Shown here in pieces: positions 9,563 to 17,909 of a stretch of DNA of 64,000 nt. A model generated the notes under the pieces. It searched no databases. It saw only the letters and a list, made by a program, of their open reading frames with translations, and was not told where the DNA came from. Position 1 is the stretch's first letter, and the number at the start of each line of letters is the position of its first letter. Location of the stretch: assembly GCA_964395315.1 (NCBI GenBank), contig CAYNBI010000003.1, positions 11,782 through 75,781 on the forward strand, written 5' to 3'. The translations under genes and the position numbers were made by a program. Source of the DNA: an uncultured Chromatiaceae bacterium (GTDB lineage Bacteria > Pseudomonadota > Gammaproteobacteria > Chromatiales > Chromatiaceae).

Positions 9563-12264
9563 GCACCGATATTCAGTTCCGCCTGGACGGGCAGGAGGTA
9601 TCTGCGCTCCCCGGAGAGACCATCCTTCAGGCGGCAGCCCGCCATGGCCGTGAGATCCCCCATCTCTGCCAGCGAGAGGGCATGCGACCGGACGGCAACT
9701 GCCGCGCCTGCGTTGTCGAGATCACCGGTGAGCGAGCACTGGCCGCAGCCTGCTGCCGCCGCCCGGCCGAGGGCATGGAGGTCGCGAGCGCTAGCGAGCG
9801 AGCGCGCAAATCCCAGAGGCTGGTGCTGGAGCTGCTACAGTCGGAGATCGGCGCGGGCAGCGGCGAGCTGGCGCGCTGGGCCTCGCTCCTCGGCCTTGGC
9901 AGCGCCCGGTTCGGGAACAGAGTCCAGCCCACGGCCGACACCTCCCACCCCGCCATCATCGTCAACCTCGACGCCTGCATTCAGTGCACCCGCTGCGTAC
10001 GCGCCTGCCGCGAGGTGCAGGTCAACGACGTCATCGGCATGGCCGGACGCGGAGCGGCGACCCGCATCGTCTTCGACCTCGAGGACCCCCTTGGCGAATC
10101 CAGCTGCGTTGGCTGCGGCGAATGCGTTCAGGCCTGCCCGACCGGGGCACTGGCGCCCGCCGTCCCGGCAGGGCGTGCGGAGCCCGAACGCATGGTCGAC
10201 TCCGTCTGCCCATACTGTGGTGTGGGTTGCCAGATCCGATTCCAGATCCGCGACGATCGAATCGTCGCCGTGGAGGGTCGCGACGGGCCGAGCAACGAGG
10301 GGCGCCTGTGCATCAAGGGCCGCTTCGGCTTCGACTACGCGCACCATCCGCAACGACTCACCCGCCCTCTGATCCGACGCCGGGACGCGCCCAAGAGGTC
10401 CGATCCCGACTTTGAGGCGGATCCCGGCGCGGTCTTCCGCGAGGCAACCTGGGACGAGGCCCTGGACCTGGCCGCAGGCGGTCTCGCTCGCGTCAAGCGC
10501 GCGCACGGACCAAGGGCGCTCGCGGGCTTCGGCTCGGCGAAAGGCAGCAACGAGGAGGCCTACCTGTTCCAGAAGCTGGTGCGCACCGGTTTCGGCAGCA
10601 ACAACGTGGACCACTGCACCCGCCTGTGCCATGCCTCGTCCGTGGCCGCCTTGCTGCAGATGATCGGCTCGGCCGCGGTCTCCAACCCGGTGGCGGACGT
10701 GAGCGAGGCCGAGGTCATCGTCGTCATCGGCTCCAACACCACCGAGAATCACCCGGTTGCGGCCACCTTCATGAAGAACGCCGCCCGCGCCGGAAAGACC
10801 CTGATCCTGATGGACCCGCGCCGCACCGCGCTCGCCCGCCACGCGCATTTCTTCCTGCCGTTCCGTCCCGACACCGACGTGGCCATGCTCAACGCCATCA
10901 TGCAGTCGGTGATCGAGCAGGACCTGGTGGACGCGGCCTTCATTGCCCACCGCACCGAGGGCTACGAGGCGCTCAAGGACCATCTGCGGGACTTCACGCC
11001 CGAACGCATGGCCCCCATCTGCGGCATTGACGCCGAGACCTTGCGGGAGGTGGCGCGGGTCTACGCGAGCGCGCCTGGCTCCATGATCTTCTGGGGCATG
11101 GGCATCTCCCAGCACGTGCACGGGACCGACAATGCGCGTTGCCTGATCGACCTCGCCCTGATGACCGGCCAGATCGGCCGCCCCGGCACGGGACTCCACC
11201 CCTTGCGCGGGCAGAACAACGTCCAGGGGGCGTCGGACGCCGGCCTCATTCCCATGGTGTTCCCGGACTATCAACCGGTGAACGACCCGGCGGCCAGGGA
11301 GTGTTTCGAGGACCTGTGGAACGCGCCCCTCGATGACCGCCCCGGACTCACGGTGGTGGAGGTGATGCACGCCGCGGTCCGCGGCGAGGTGCGGGGAATG
11401 TACGTCATGGGCGAGAACCCGGCCATGTCCGACCCCAACCTGAACCAGGCCCGCTCGGCCCTGGCCGCGCTCGAGCACCTGGTGGTGCAGGACATCTTCC
11501 TCACCGAGACCGCGTGGTACGCGGATGTGGTGTTGCCCGCCTCCGCGCTCCCGGAGAAGACGGGCACCTACACCAACACGGACCGCAGGGTACAGCTCGG
11601 CAGGCAGGCGCTCGATCCGCCCGGCGAGGCACGCCACGACCTGACGATCATCATCGACATGGCCCGGCGCCTGGGACTCGGCTGGGACTACGCCGGACCC
11701 AGGGCCGTATTCGAGGAGATGCGCCGAGCCATGCCGAGCATCGCGGGCATTTCCTGGGAGAGGCTGGAGCGCGAAGGTGCCGTCACCTACCCATGCCGGA
11801 ACGAGGGCGATCCTGGGGAGTCCGTCATCTTCACCGAAGCCTTCCCGCGCCCCGGCGGCAGAGGATTGCTGGTCCCGGTGGCCTTCACGAACGCCGACGA
11901 GCTGCCCGACGACGCCTATCCCTGGATCCTGGTCACGGGCCGACAGCTCGAGCACTGGCACACAGGTGCCATGACCCGGCGATCCGCCGTGTTGCACGCC
12001 ATCGAGCCCTGGCCCGTTGTCTGCCTGCATCCGCTGGAGCTCGAGCGTACCGGGACGATGCCCGGTCAACTGCTGCGCGTCCGCTCCCGCCGCGGCGAGG
12101 TGATCGCCTACGCTCGTGCGGATGACGGGCTGGCGCCCGGCCAGGTCTTTCTCCCCTTCTGTTATCGGGAGGCCGCAGCCAACCTGCTCACCAACGACGC
12201 CCTCGACCCCGACGGCAAGATCCCCGAGTTCAAGTTCTGCGCCGTCGCCCTCGCACCAGCCTGA
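9559..12264 (+). CDS. fdsA: Formate dehydrogenase alpha subunit (molybdopterin, Cys-type, with N-terminal 2Fe-2S/4Fe-4S domains)
   Basis: MSTDIQFRLDGQEV...CRACVVEI, the ferredoxin motifs CIQCTRCVRAC and CVGCGECVQACP, CPYCGVGC, and HCTRLCHASS with Cys in the Mo-ligand position. Its ATG at 9559 overlaps the upstream stop. The track start at 9376 is an out-of-context extension. Confidence 0.93.
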   Translation: MSTDIQFRLDGQEVSALPGETILQAAARHGREIPHLCQREGMRPDGNCRACVVEITGERALAAACCRRPAEGMEVASASERARKSQRLVLELLQSEIGAGSGELARWASLLGLGSARFGNRVQPTADTSHPAIIVNLDACIQCTRCVRACREVQVNDVIGMAGRGAATRIVFDLEDPLGESSCVGCGECVQACPTGALAPAVPAGRAEPERMVDSVCPYCGVGCQIRFQIRDDRIVAVEGRDGPSNEGRLCIKGRFGFDYAHHPQRLTRPLIRRRDAPKRSDPDFEADPGAVFREATWDEALDLAAGGLARVKRAHGPRALAGFGSAKGSNEEAYLFQKLVRTGFGSNNVDHCTRLCHASSVAALLQMIGSAAVSNPVADVSEAEVIVVIGSNTTENHPVAATFMKNAARAGKTLILMDPRRTALARHAHFFLPFRPDTDVAMLNAIMQSVIEQDLVDAAFIAHRTEGYEALKDHLRDFTPERMAPICGIDAETLREVARVYASAPGSMIFWGMGISQHVHGTDNARCLIDLALMTGQIGRPGTGLHPLRGQNNVQGASDAGLIPMVFPDYQPVNDPAARECFEDLWNAPLDDRPGLTVVEVMHAAVRGEVRGMYVMGENPAMSDPNLNQARSALAALEHLVVQDIFLTETAWYADVVLPASALPEKTGTYTNTDRRVQLGRQALDPPGEARHDLTIIIDMARRLGLGWDYAGPRAVFEEMRRAMPSIAGISWERLEREGAVTYPCRNEGDPGESVIFTEAFPRPGGRGLLVPVAFTNADELPDDAYPWILVTGRQLEHWHTGAMTRRSAVLHAIEPWPVVCLHPLELERTGTMPGQLLRVRSRRGEVIAYARADDGLAPGQVFLPFCYREAAANLLTNDALDPDGKIPEFKFCAVALAPA

Positions 12265-12408
12265 CGCTGGCGTGACGGGCGCCACAAAACAGCGGCGCAG
12301 GTTGCGCTGAAATTGGCCCATCAGTGGCAGTTTGCGCTAATCTTACGTCCCATCAAGCGGATACGGGTCCGCGCGCTTCGCCCTCCCGGCGAACCACGAA
12401 GCATACAG

Positions 12409-13629
12409 ATGCCCATGACCACCTCCTCCTGCAGGCCATCCCTATCCACGTCAGCGGCGGCCCTCATCGCCCTCTCCGCTGTCTTTTTGCTTTCTGCTTG
12501 CGCCCAGCTTCAGCCGCCCAAACCCCCGGCGGAGGCGCCCAAGGTGGCCCAGAAGCCACCGCCAGTCCCGCCCCCTCCCGAATCGGCGGCGCTCTACCAG
12601 TGGTACGGCGATGGCCGCACCGTGTCCCACATCGAGATCGACGTCGACAAGCAAAAGGCGGTTTTCTACGACGGCCCGCATCAGATCGGCTGGGCCATGG
12701 TCGCCTCGGGGATACGCTCCTACCCTACGCCCACCGGCCGGTTCGCGGTGACCGAGAAGATCGTCGAGAAGCGCTCCAACCTCTACGGCAAGATCTACAA
12801 CAGCAAGGGGAAGCTGGTCCGGCGCAACGCGGAAATGGGCGTGCACCCGATTCCGGCAGGCGGTCGGTTCGAGGGGGCGAAGATGCCCTATTTCATGCGC
12901 CTGACCAACGACGGCATCGGCCTGCATGCCGGCCCGATTCCAAAGCCCGGCCGGCCCGCGTCCCACGGCTGCATACGCATGCCATACGAGATGGCGCCTG
13001 TCCTGTACCAGCACGTGAGCATCGGCACACCGGTCAGCATCGTCGGCAGCGGACCGAGCTACGAGCGCTACCTGGCGGCTCAGCGCGCAAAGGCTAAGAA
13101 ACGGGCGCCCGCAGCCGCTGCGGAGACGACCGTCGCCGCAACGGCACGGCCAGAGGGCGCGCCCGCGACCGCGGAGTCGGAAACTCCGACCACTGCAACA
13201 CCGGTCACCGCCCAAAGCGAGACAGGTCCGAGCACCGCGCCGACGGTGAACGACGGCCCGCCGGAGCCCGCGACGGAACAGGCGTCCAGCACCTCGTCGG
13301 ATGCCGACTCAGGCGCGATACCCGCGCCGCCCGCCGCCACCGACACGACAGTCGAACCCGCGCCAGCGCCCCGCATCAGCGAGTCTCCCGACAACGCGCC
13401 GGCACCAGGCAACACCCCTACGCCGGCGGATACGGTCACGAGCCAGTCCGAACCCATCGGGCAAGAGTCCACCGTGCCGGCGGCTCGCACTCCCCCGGAT
13501 ACTCTCGGCGCACCAAGCACGCAGCCGACCTCCGAAGCGGGAATGGCTGGCGCGACCAGCGTCGGGACTGGGGCTGCGGCATCTCCGCCTGCGGCCCCGC
13601 ACGGGACCAGTACTCGGGACGAAGGCTAG
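12409..13629 (+). CDS. L,D-transpeptidase (YkuD domain) lipoprotein with long Pro/Thr/Ala-rich C-terminal tail
   Basis: Lipobox LLSAC, and HGCIRM catalytic motif within GLHAGPIPKPGRPASHGCIRMP. ATG at 12409 rather than the track start at 12313. Confidence 0.85.
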   Translation: MPMTTSSCRPSLSTSAAALIALSAVFLLSACAQLQPPKPPAEAPKVAQKPPPVPPPPESAALYQWYGDGRTVSHIEIDVDKQKAVFYDGPHQIGWAMVASGIRSYPTPTGRFAVTEKIVEKRSNLYGKIYNSKGKLVRRNAEMGVHPIPAGGRFEGAKMPYFMRLTNDGIGLHAGPIPKPGRPASHGCIRMPYEMAPVLYQHVSIGTPVSIVGSGPSYERYLAAQRAKAKKRAPAAAAETTVAATARPEGAPATAESETPTTATPVTAQSETGPSTAPTVNDGPPEPATEQASSTSSDADSGAIPAPPAATDTTVEPAPAPRISESPDNAPAPGNTPTPADTVTSQSEPIGQESTVPAARTPPDTLGAPSTQPTSEAGMAGATSVGTGAAASPPAAPHGTSTRDEG

Positions 13630-13673
13630 CCTGAGCGTGGACGCCGCAAGGCGGGGGACCGCCGATAGAGGCG

Positions 13674-14987
13674 TTACGGCTGGCTCTCCCCGGATGCGCT
13701 GACGGGAAACAGGCTGGTACCGGCTGAGAGCGAACGCACCCAGGGCTTCAACTCCACGAGTTCCGGCGCCAGGTCCTCCACAGCGCCCCGGCCTTCCTCC
13801 CTGGTCGCGAAGTTTCCGAGAAAAACGGAATACCAAGTCTGCCCCGCGCTATCCGAGAGCATGTAGCGGGCGTCATCGACGATGCCGTATCGCTCGGCGA
13901 AGGGCCGCACGCTGGACTCGCTGCGAAAGCTGATGAGCTGGATAGCGAAGCGCTCGTTCTCCAGGACCGCGACGTCAGGCCGGGCATCGGGGGTTGACGT
14001 TTCCTCCTCTGCTGCCAGCGGGGACGCATTCGGATCCATGGCCTCGCTCTGGGAAGCGTCCTGCGGTTGCTGCTGCCTTGTCGCGCCGACCGTGGCGGCT
14101 GGTTCGTCCGCCGACAGGGTCGACTCCTGCCCGTCGCTCTCTGGCGCGGATGCCACGGCCTCTGCCTCCGAGGCCTGATCGGGCACCCCGGACGCCCCAG
14201 TTTGATCCGACGAAGCATCGGCGTCGGGTGCTTGCTCCCCCGGCGGAACCTGATCGCCTGGCGAGTCTGGCTCAGTTTCCGGCGCCGGCGGAGTCGTGAC
14301 CTCCGGCGCGGGTTGCGAGGGCGCCCCGCTTCCCGGCCGGGCACCGTCCTCCCCTTCACCACCAAGGCTCCCAGCTTCCTGGGCCGGAGACGGAAGCTGA
14401 GATGGCTCGGCGGATGCTTCTACGGCCGAGCCGCCGCCTGGAACTGGCGACACGGGCGGGGATGCCGACCCCGGTTCGGGGACGATGCGACCGCCCTGAA
14501 TCCCAGCGTCTGCGGTGGCGGCCTGCGGCGCTTCGGCGCGCGTATCGCCTCCCCAACCGAAGCGGAGGGCCAGGAACAAGGTGACGATCAGCAGGCCGAG
14601 AACGACCTGACCGATCGCGACGCTCCGCTGGATACGACCCTGCGCAACCTCGGCCTTTTCTCGCGCCACTTGCTGCAGCCGTCGCAACTCGTCCTGGAGC
14701 CCGCCGAGCTCGTCCTCCAGGATGTCCAGACGCACGTCGATGCTGCCCGTGAAGCGGCGCACCGTGTCCTCCCACACGGTCTTCACCTCCGGCGTAATTT
14801 CCTCGCCGGACGCATCCACCTGGCCCTGGCGCTCGTCCGGTGGACGAGACTCGGGCTCCCGACGCAGGGCGAGCAAGACGTCGCTGAAACGTTGTTCGAG
14901 CTCCGCCAAGCGCGCAGAAGGGTTGGTCTGATCGGCGGAAACCGCGTGGTCTCCGCCTGCCTCGGTGTTGCCGGACTCAGGGTTCAC
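13674..14987 (-). CDS. SPOR-domain membrane protein (coiled coil, one TM helix, acidic/Pro-rich linker, C-terminal SPOR)
   Basis: C-terminus FAIQLISFRSESSVRPFAERYGI...WYSVFLGNFATREEGRGAVEDL is SPOR-like. TM helix IGQVVLGLLIVTLFLAL. GTG start. Confidence 0.75.
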   Translation of the reverse strand: MNPESGNTEAGGDHAVSADQTNPSARLAELEQRFSDVLLALRREPESRPPDERQGQVDASGEEITPEVKTVWEDTVRRFTGSIDVRLDILEDELGGLQDELRRLQQVAREKAEVAQGRIQRSVAIGQVVLGLLIVTLFLALRFGWGGDTRAEAPQAATADAGIQGGRIVPEPGSASPPVSPVPGGGSAVEASAEPSQLPSPAQEAGSLGGEGEDGARPGSGAPSQPAPEVTTPPAPETEPDSPGDQVPPGEQAPDADASSDQTGASGVPDQASEAEAVASAPESDGQESTLSADEPAATVGATRQQQPQDASQSEAMDPNASPLAAEEETSTPDARPDVAVLENERFAIQLISFRSESSVRPFAERYGIVDDARYMLSDSAGQTWYSVFLGNFATREEGRGAVEDLAPELVELKPWVRSLSAGTSLFPVSASGESQP

Positions 14988-15134
14988 TTCACAGGTCCAT
15001 CGCGTTGCAGTTGGCCGATCATAGTAGCGCCGCTCGGGGGTGTGAGAAAGGCCACGCCTGAACCGCGCGGAGCGGCGCTAGACCGCGAGACCGCCGCAAT
15101 CGATCCCGAGCGACGCCGCTGTGAGCCCGATGGT

Positions 15135-15143
15135 TGCTATACT
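15135..15143 (+). promoter_or_regulatory. Candidate extended -10 promoter element (TGcTATACT) for queD
   Basis: TGCTATACT lies 36 nt upstream of the queD ATG. There is no good -35 element. Confidence 0.3.
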
Positions 15144-15165
15144 GCGAACGCCGATCGGCGTTCGC
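15144..15165. promoter_or_regulatory. 22-bp perfect palindrome (operator or leader hairpin) between the putative -10 and queD
   Basis: GCGAACGCCGA|TCGGCGTTCGC, read directly from the sequence. Confidence 0.4.
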
Positions 15166-15178
15166 GCTTGAACCTGCC

Positions 15179-15604
15179 ATGACCGCGGAAGGCACCGATT
15201 TGTACAGCGTCACCAAAGAGATCCATTTCTGCTACGGCCACCGATTGCTGAACCACCGGGGTAAGTGCCGGCACCTGCACGGCCACAACGCGCGCGCGGT
15301 GATCCGGTTGGAGAGCGAGTCTCTCGACCCTTTGGGCATGGTGGTCGACTTCAGCGACATCGGCGACTACGTCAAGGCTTGGCTCGACGCGGAGATCGAC
15401 CACAACATGCTTCTGAGCCGCGAAGACCCGGCCCTGCCTCTGCTAGAAAGGGCGGGCGAGCGCGTATACGTCACGGAGGAAAACCCCACCGCCGAGCACA
15501 TCGCCCGCCTCATCTACGAATACGTGGAGAAGGGCGGCTATCCCGTGGTGGAAGTCGCCATCTACGAGACCGAATCCGCCTTCGCGAGCTACCGACGACC
15601 CTGA
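15179..15604 (+). CDS. queD: 6-carboxy-5,6,7,8-tetrahydropterin synthase
   Basis: CYGHRLLNH...CRHLHGHN...DFSD...DHNMLL are the QueD/PTPS Zn-ligand and catalytic motifs. ATG at 15179. Confidence 0.9.
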   Translation: MTAEGTDLYSVTKEIHFCYGHRLLNHRGKCRHLHGHNARAVIRLESESLDPLGMVVDFSDIGDYVKAWLDAEIDHNMLLSREDPALPLLERAGERVYVTEENPTAEHIARLIYEYVEKGGYPVVEVAIYETESAFASYRRP

Positions 15605-15694
15605 ACATGCGGTCTCGGCTCCGTCCCACGGGCGACGTCTCCGCGCCGGGGACCTGAAGGACCGGAGATTCCAGCGATACCGAAGGAGAAATCC

Positions 15695-15802
15695 ATGCCA
15701 CTGAACCTACCCGTCGACGTCTGGATCATGCTCGCCGGAGCGGGCGTGCTCTTCGCCCTCGCGCTGCTCGTCATCTTCGTCGCGTATCGCCTCCTGCGCT
15801 GA
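15695..15802 (+). CDS. Small single-pass membrane peptide (35 aa), below the ORF-track length cutoff
   Basis: AAGGAGaaatccATG is a strong SD. Translation is MPLNLPVDVWIMLAGAGVLFALALLVIFVAYRLLR, one hydrophobic helix with a basic C-terminus. Confidence 0.5.
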   Translation: MPLNLPVDVWIMLAGAGVLFALALLVIFVAYRLLR

Positions 15803-15872
15803 CCTCCGGCGCTTCGGAACGAACCGAATCGAAGAATCGCCGCGTCCCCCGCCCCGGCGGATTCGTGGGCCG

Positions 15873-17078
15873 CTACACCTCACCCCGATTGTAGTCGGGT
15901 TGTGCCGTGATCTTGTGAACCGCGAGATCGGCGCCCAAATACTCGTCTTCCTCGGAAAGGCGGAGACCCATCGTGACCTTGACCGCGCCGTACACGACCC
16001 CGCCCCCGACCAGGGCGACGGCCACCCCAGCAAGCGTTCCGGCCACTTGCCCCACAAAGGTCACGCCGCCGAGACCGCCCAGGGCCTCGAGTCCGAAGAT
16101 GCCTGCGGCGATTCCGCCCCAGACCCCGCACAGGCCGTGCAGGGGCCAGACACCGAGTACGTCGTCGATCTTCCACTTGTTCTGGGTTAGCGTGAAGGTA
16201 AACACGAACAGCGCCCCTGCAACGCCGCCGACGGCCAGAGAGCCGAGCGGATGCATGATGTCGGAACCGGCGCACACCGCAACCAGCCCCGCGAGTGGCC
16301 CGTTGTGCAGGAAGCCCGGGTCGTTCCTGCCGGCGACGAGCGCGGCGAGGATGCCGCCTACCATGGCCATGAGCGAGTTCACGGCCACCAGGCCGCTCAC
16401 CGCTTCGACCGTCTGGGCGGACATGACGTTGAAACCAAACCAGCCGACGGTCAGCGTCCAGGCCCCCAGGGACAGGAAGGGGATGGACGACGGCGGGTGC
16501 GAGGTCATGGCACCGTCCTTGCGGTAGCGTCCCTGCCGGGGTCCCAGCAGCAGGACGGCCGCCAAGGCAATCCAGCCTCCCACCGCATGGACTACCACCG
16601 AACCGGCGAAGTCATGGAACGGGGCGCCAAAGCTTGACTCGATCCAGGACTGGAAGCCGAGGTTTCCGTTCCAGATCATGCCCTCGAAGAAGGGATACAC
16701 CAGACTAACCAGCAGCAGCGACGCCAGCAGTTGGGGATAGAAGGCCGCCCGCTCCGCGATACCACCGGAAATGATGGCGGGAATGGCGGCGGCGAAGGTG
16801 AGAAGGAAGAAAAACTTGACCAGCTCATAGCCGTTCCGGTCGGTGAGCGTGTCAGCGGCGGAAAAGAAATCGATGCCGTAAGCGATGCTGTATCCGACAA
16901 AGAAATAGGCGATCGTGGACACCGCGAAGTCGCTCATGATCTTGACCAGGGCGTTGACCTGGTTCTTGGCCCGCACGGTGCCGACCTCGAGAAAGGCGAA
17001 GCCGGCATGCATGGCGAGCACCATGACGGCACCAATGAGAATGAAAAGGACGTCTGTGCCTGCCTGCAGGGTTTCCAT
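15873..17078 (-). CDS. amtB: Ammonium transporter
   Basis: METLQAGTDVLFILIGAVMVLAMHAGFAFLEVG...; the Amt signature runs the full length. ATG at 17078 with gaggaaaacaag upstream; the track extension to 17234 is rejected. Confidence 0.93.
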   Translation of the reverse strand: METLQAGTDVLFILIGAVMVLAMHAGFAFLEVGTVRAKNQVNALVKIMSDFAVSTIAYFFVGYSIAYGIDFFSAADTLTDRNGYELVKFFFLLTFAAAIPAIISGGIAERAAFYPQLLASLLLVSLVYPFFEGMIWNGNLGFQSWIESSFGAPFHDFAGSVVVHAVGGWIALAAVLLLGPRQGRYRKDGAMTSHPPSSIPFLSLGAWTLTVGWFGFNVMSAQTVEAVSGLVAVNSLMAMVGGILAALVAGRNDPGFLHNGPLAGLVAVCAGSDIMHPLGSLAVGGVAGALFVFTFTLTQNKWKIDDVLGVWPLHGLCGVWGGIAAGIFGLEALGGLGGVTFVGQVAGTLAGVAVALVGGGVVYGAVKVTMGLRLSEEDEYLGADLAVHKITAQPDYNRGEV

Positions 17079-17115
17079 CTTGTTTTCCTCTTGACCAAGA
17101 ACGGGCCAAGTGCAG

Positions 17116-17129
17116 GCAGAAATCGTGCC
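17116..17129 (-). promoter_or_regulatory. Candidate sigma-54 (-24/-12) promoter of amtB
   Basis: The minus strand reads cGGCACGatttcTGCc with GG-N10-GC spacing, against the consensus TGGCACG-N4-TTGCA. The -12 element is 38 nt upstream of the ATG. Confidence 0.5.
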
Positions 17130-17247
17130 GTCCTGTAACACATGCGCGGGATGCCCGCCGACACGCACTGAAATGGGGAATCGGGCGGGAAACCGACTAC
17201 ATGCAGGGCATGGGCGTGCCCCCCAGCGGTGCATCCCACCGCGGACC

Positions 17248-17263
17248 GCACCGAACCGGTGCA
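17248..17263. promoter_or_regulatory. Candidate NtrC enhancer site
   Basis: GCACC-gaacc-GGTGCA matches the TGCACC-N5-GGTGCA dyad. An extra GGTGCA half-site lies at 17228-17233. The site is about 130 nt upstream of the sigma-54 element. Confidence 0.45.
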
Positions 17264-17279
17264 GGCCTTCGCGGGGAGA

Positions 17280-17909
17280 TCAGATATCCGCCGGGAGCGG
17301 TTGGGTCTTCGGCAGTCGCCGTAACTCATCGGCGAGGTCGCGGCTGAAGGCGCCGACGGTCTCGCTCAACGCGGCGATCATGGCCTCACGCTCCGCTCCG
17401 GTCGCTTGTCGACGATAGGCGGTCTTCCGCACCACGAGTGCCTGCTCCGTGTAGGGATCCAGCACCGACCAGCGCACCCGCAGTACCGCCTCTCCCGTCG
17501 CCGTGCCCTCGAAGCTCAACACGTCCGCGATAACCCGGAAGTCCAGGGGGAAGCGCACATCCGCTGGATATACCTGGATCCGGCTCGTCCCCAAGAGGCG
17601 CGAAAGATTCTCACCCAGTACCCGCAGGAAATCGTCCTCCAAGGATCCTCCCCATCGATGCAGCTCGTCCACCTCGAGACGATTGGAGCCGGCGCGCGAA
17701 ACGATCTGCGGCCGTTCCAGGAACTCAGGGAATTCCACCGGTCCGAGACCGACCGCGAGACCACGGTCGCTCAGGGTCGACTGCCCCCCCGCCGCCGCAT
17801 CGAGGATGGGAGTAAGGGTGTAGAAGGTCGAGGGCGGTGTCGTCGCACACCCCGCGGCCAACAAGGCGACCGACAGAATGCTCGCGGCAAAAAGGATACG
17901 GTGATTCAT
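17280..17909 (-). CDS. pqiC: PqiC-type (ABC-transport auxiliary, DUF330) lipoprotein
   Basis: Lipobox LLAAGC, about 200 aa, with an ATGA overlap with pqiB. Confidence 0.8.
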   Translation of the reverse strand: MNHRILFAASILSVALLAAGCATTPPSTFYTLTPILDAAAGGQSTLSDRGLAVGLGPVEFPEFLERPQIVSRAGSNRLEVDELHRWGGSLEDDFLRVLGENLSRLLGTSRIQVYPADVRFPLDFRVIADVLSFEGTATGEAVLRVRWSVLDPYTEQALVVRKTAYRRQATGAEREAMIAALSETVGAFSRDLADELRRLPKTQPLPADI

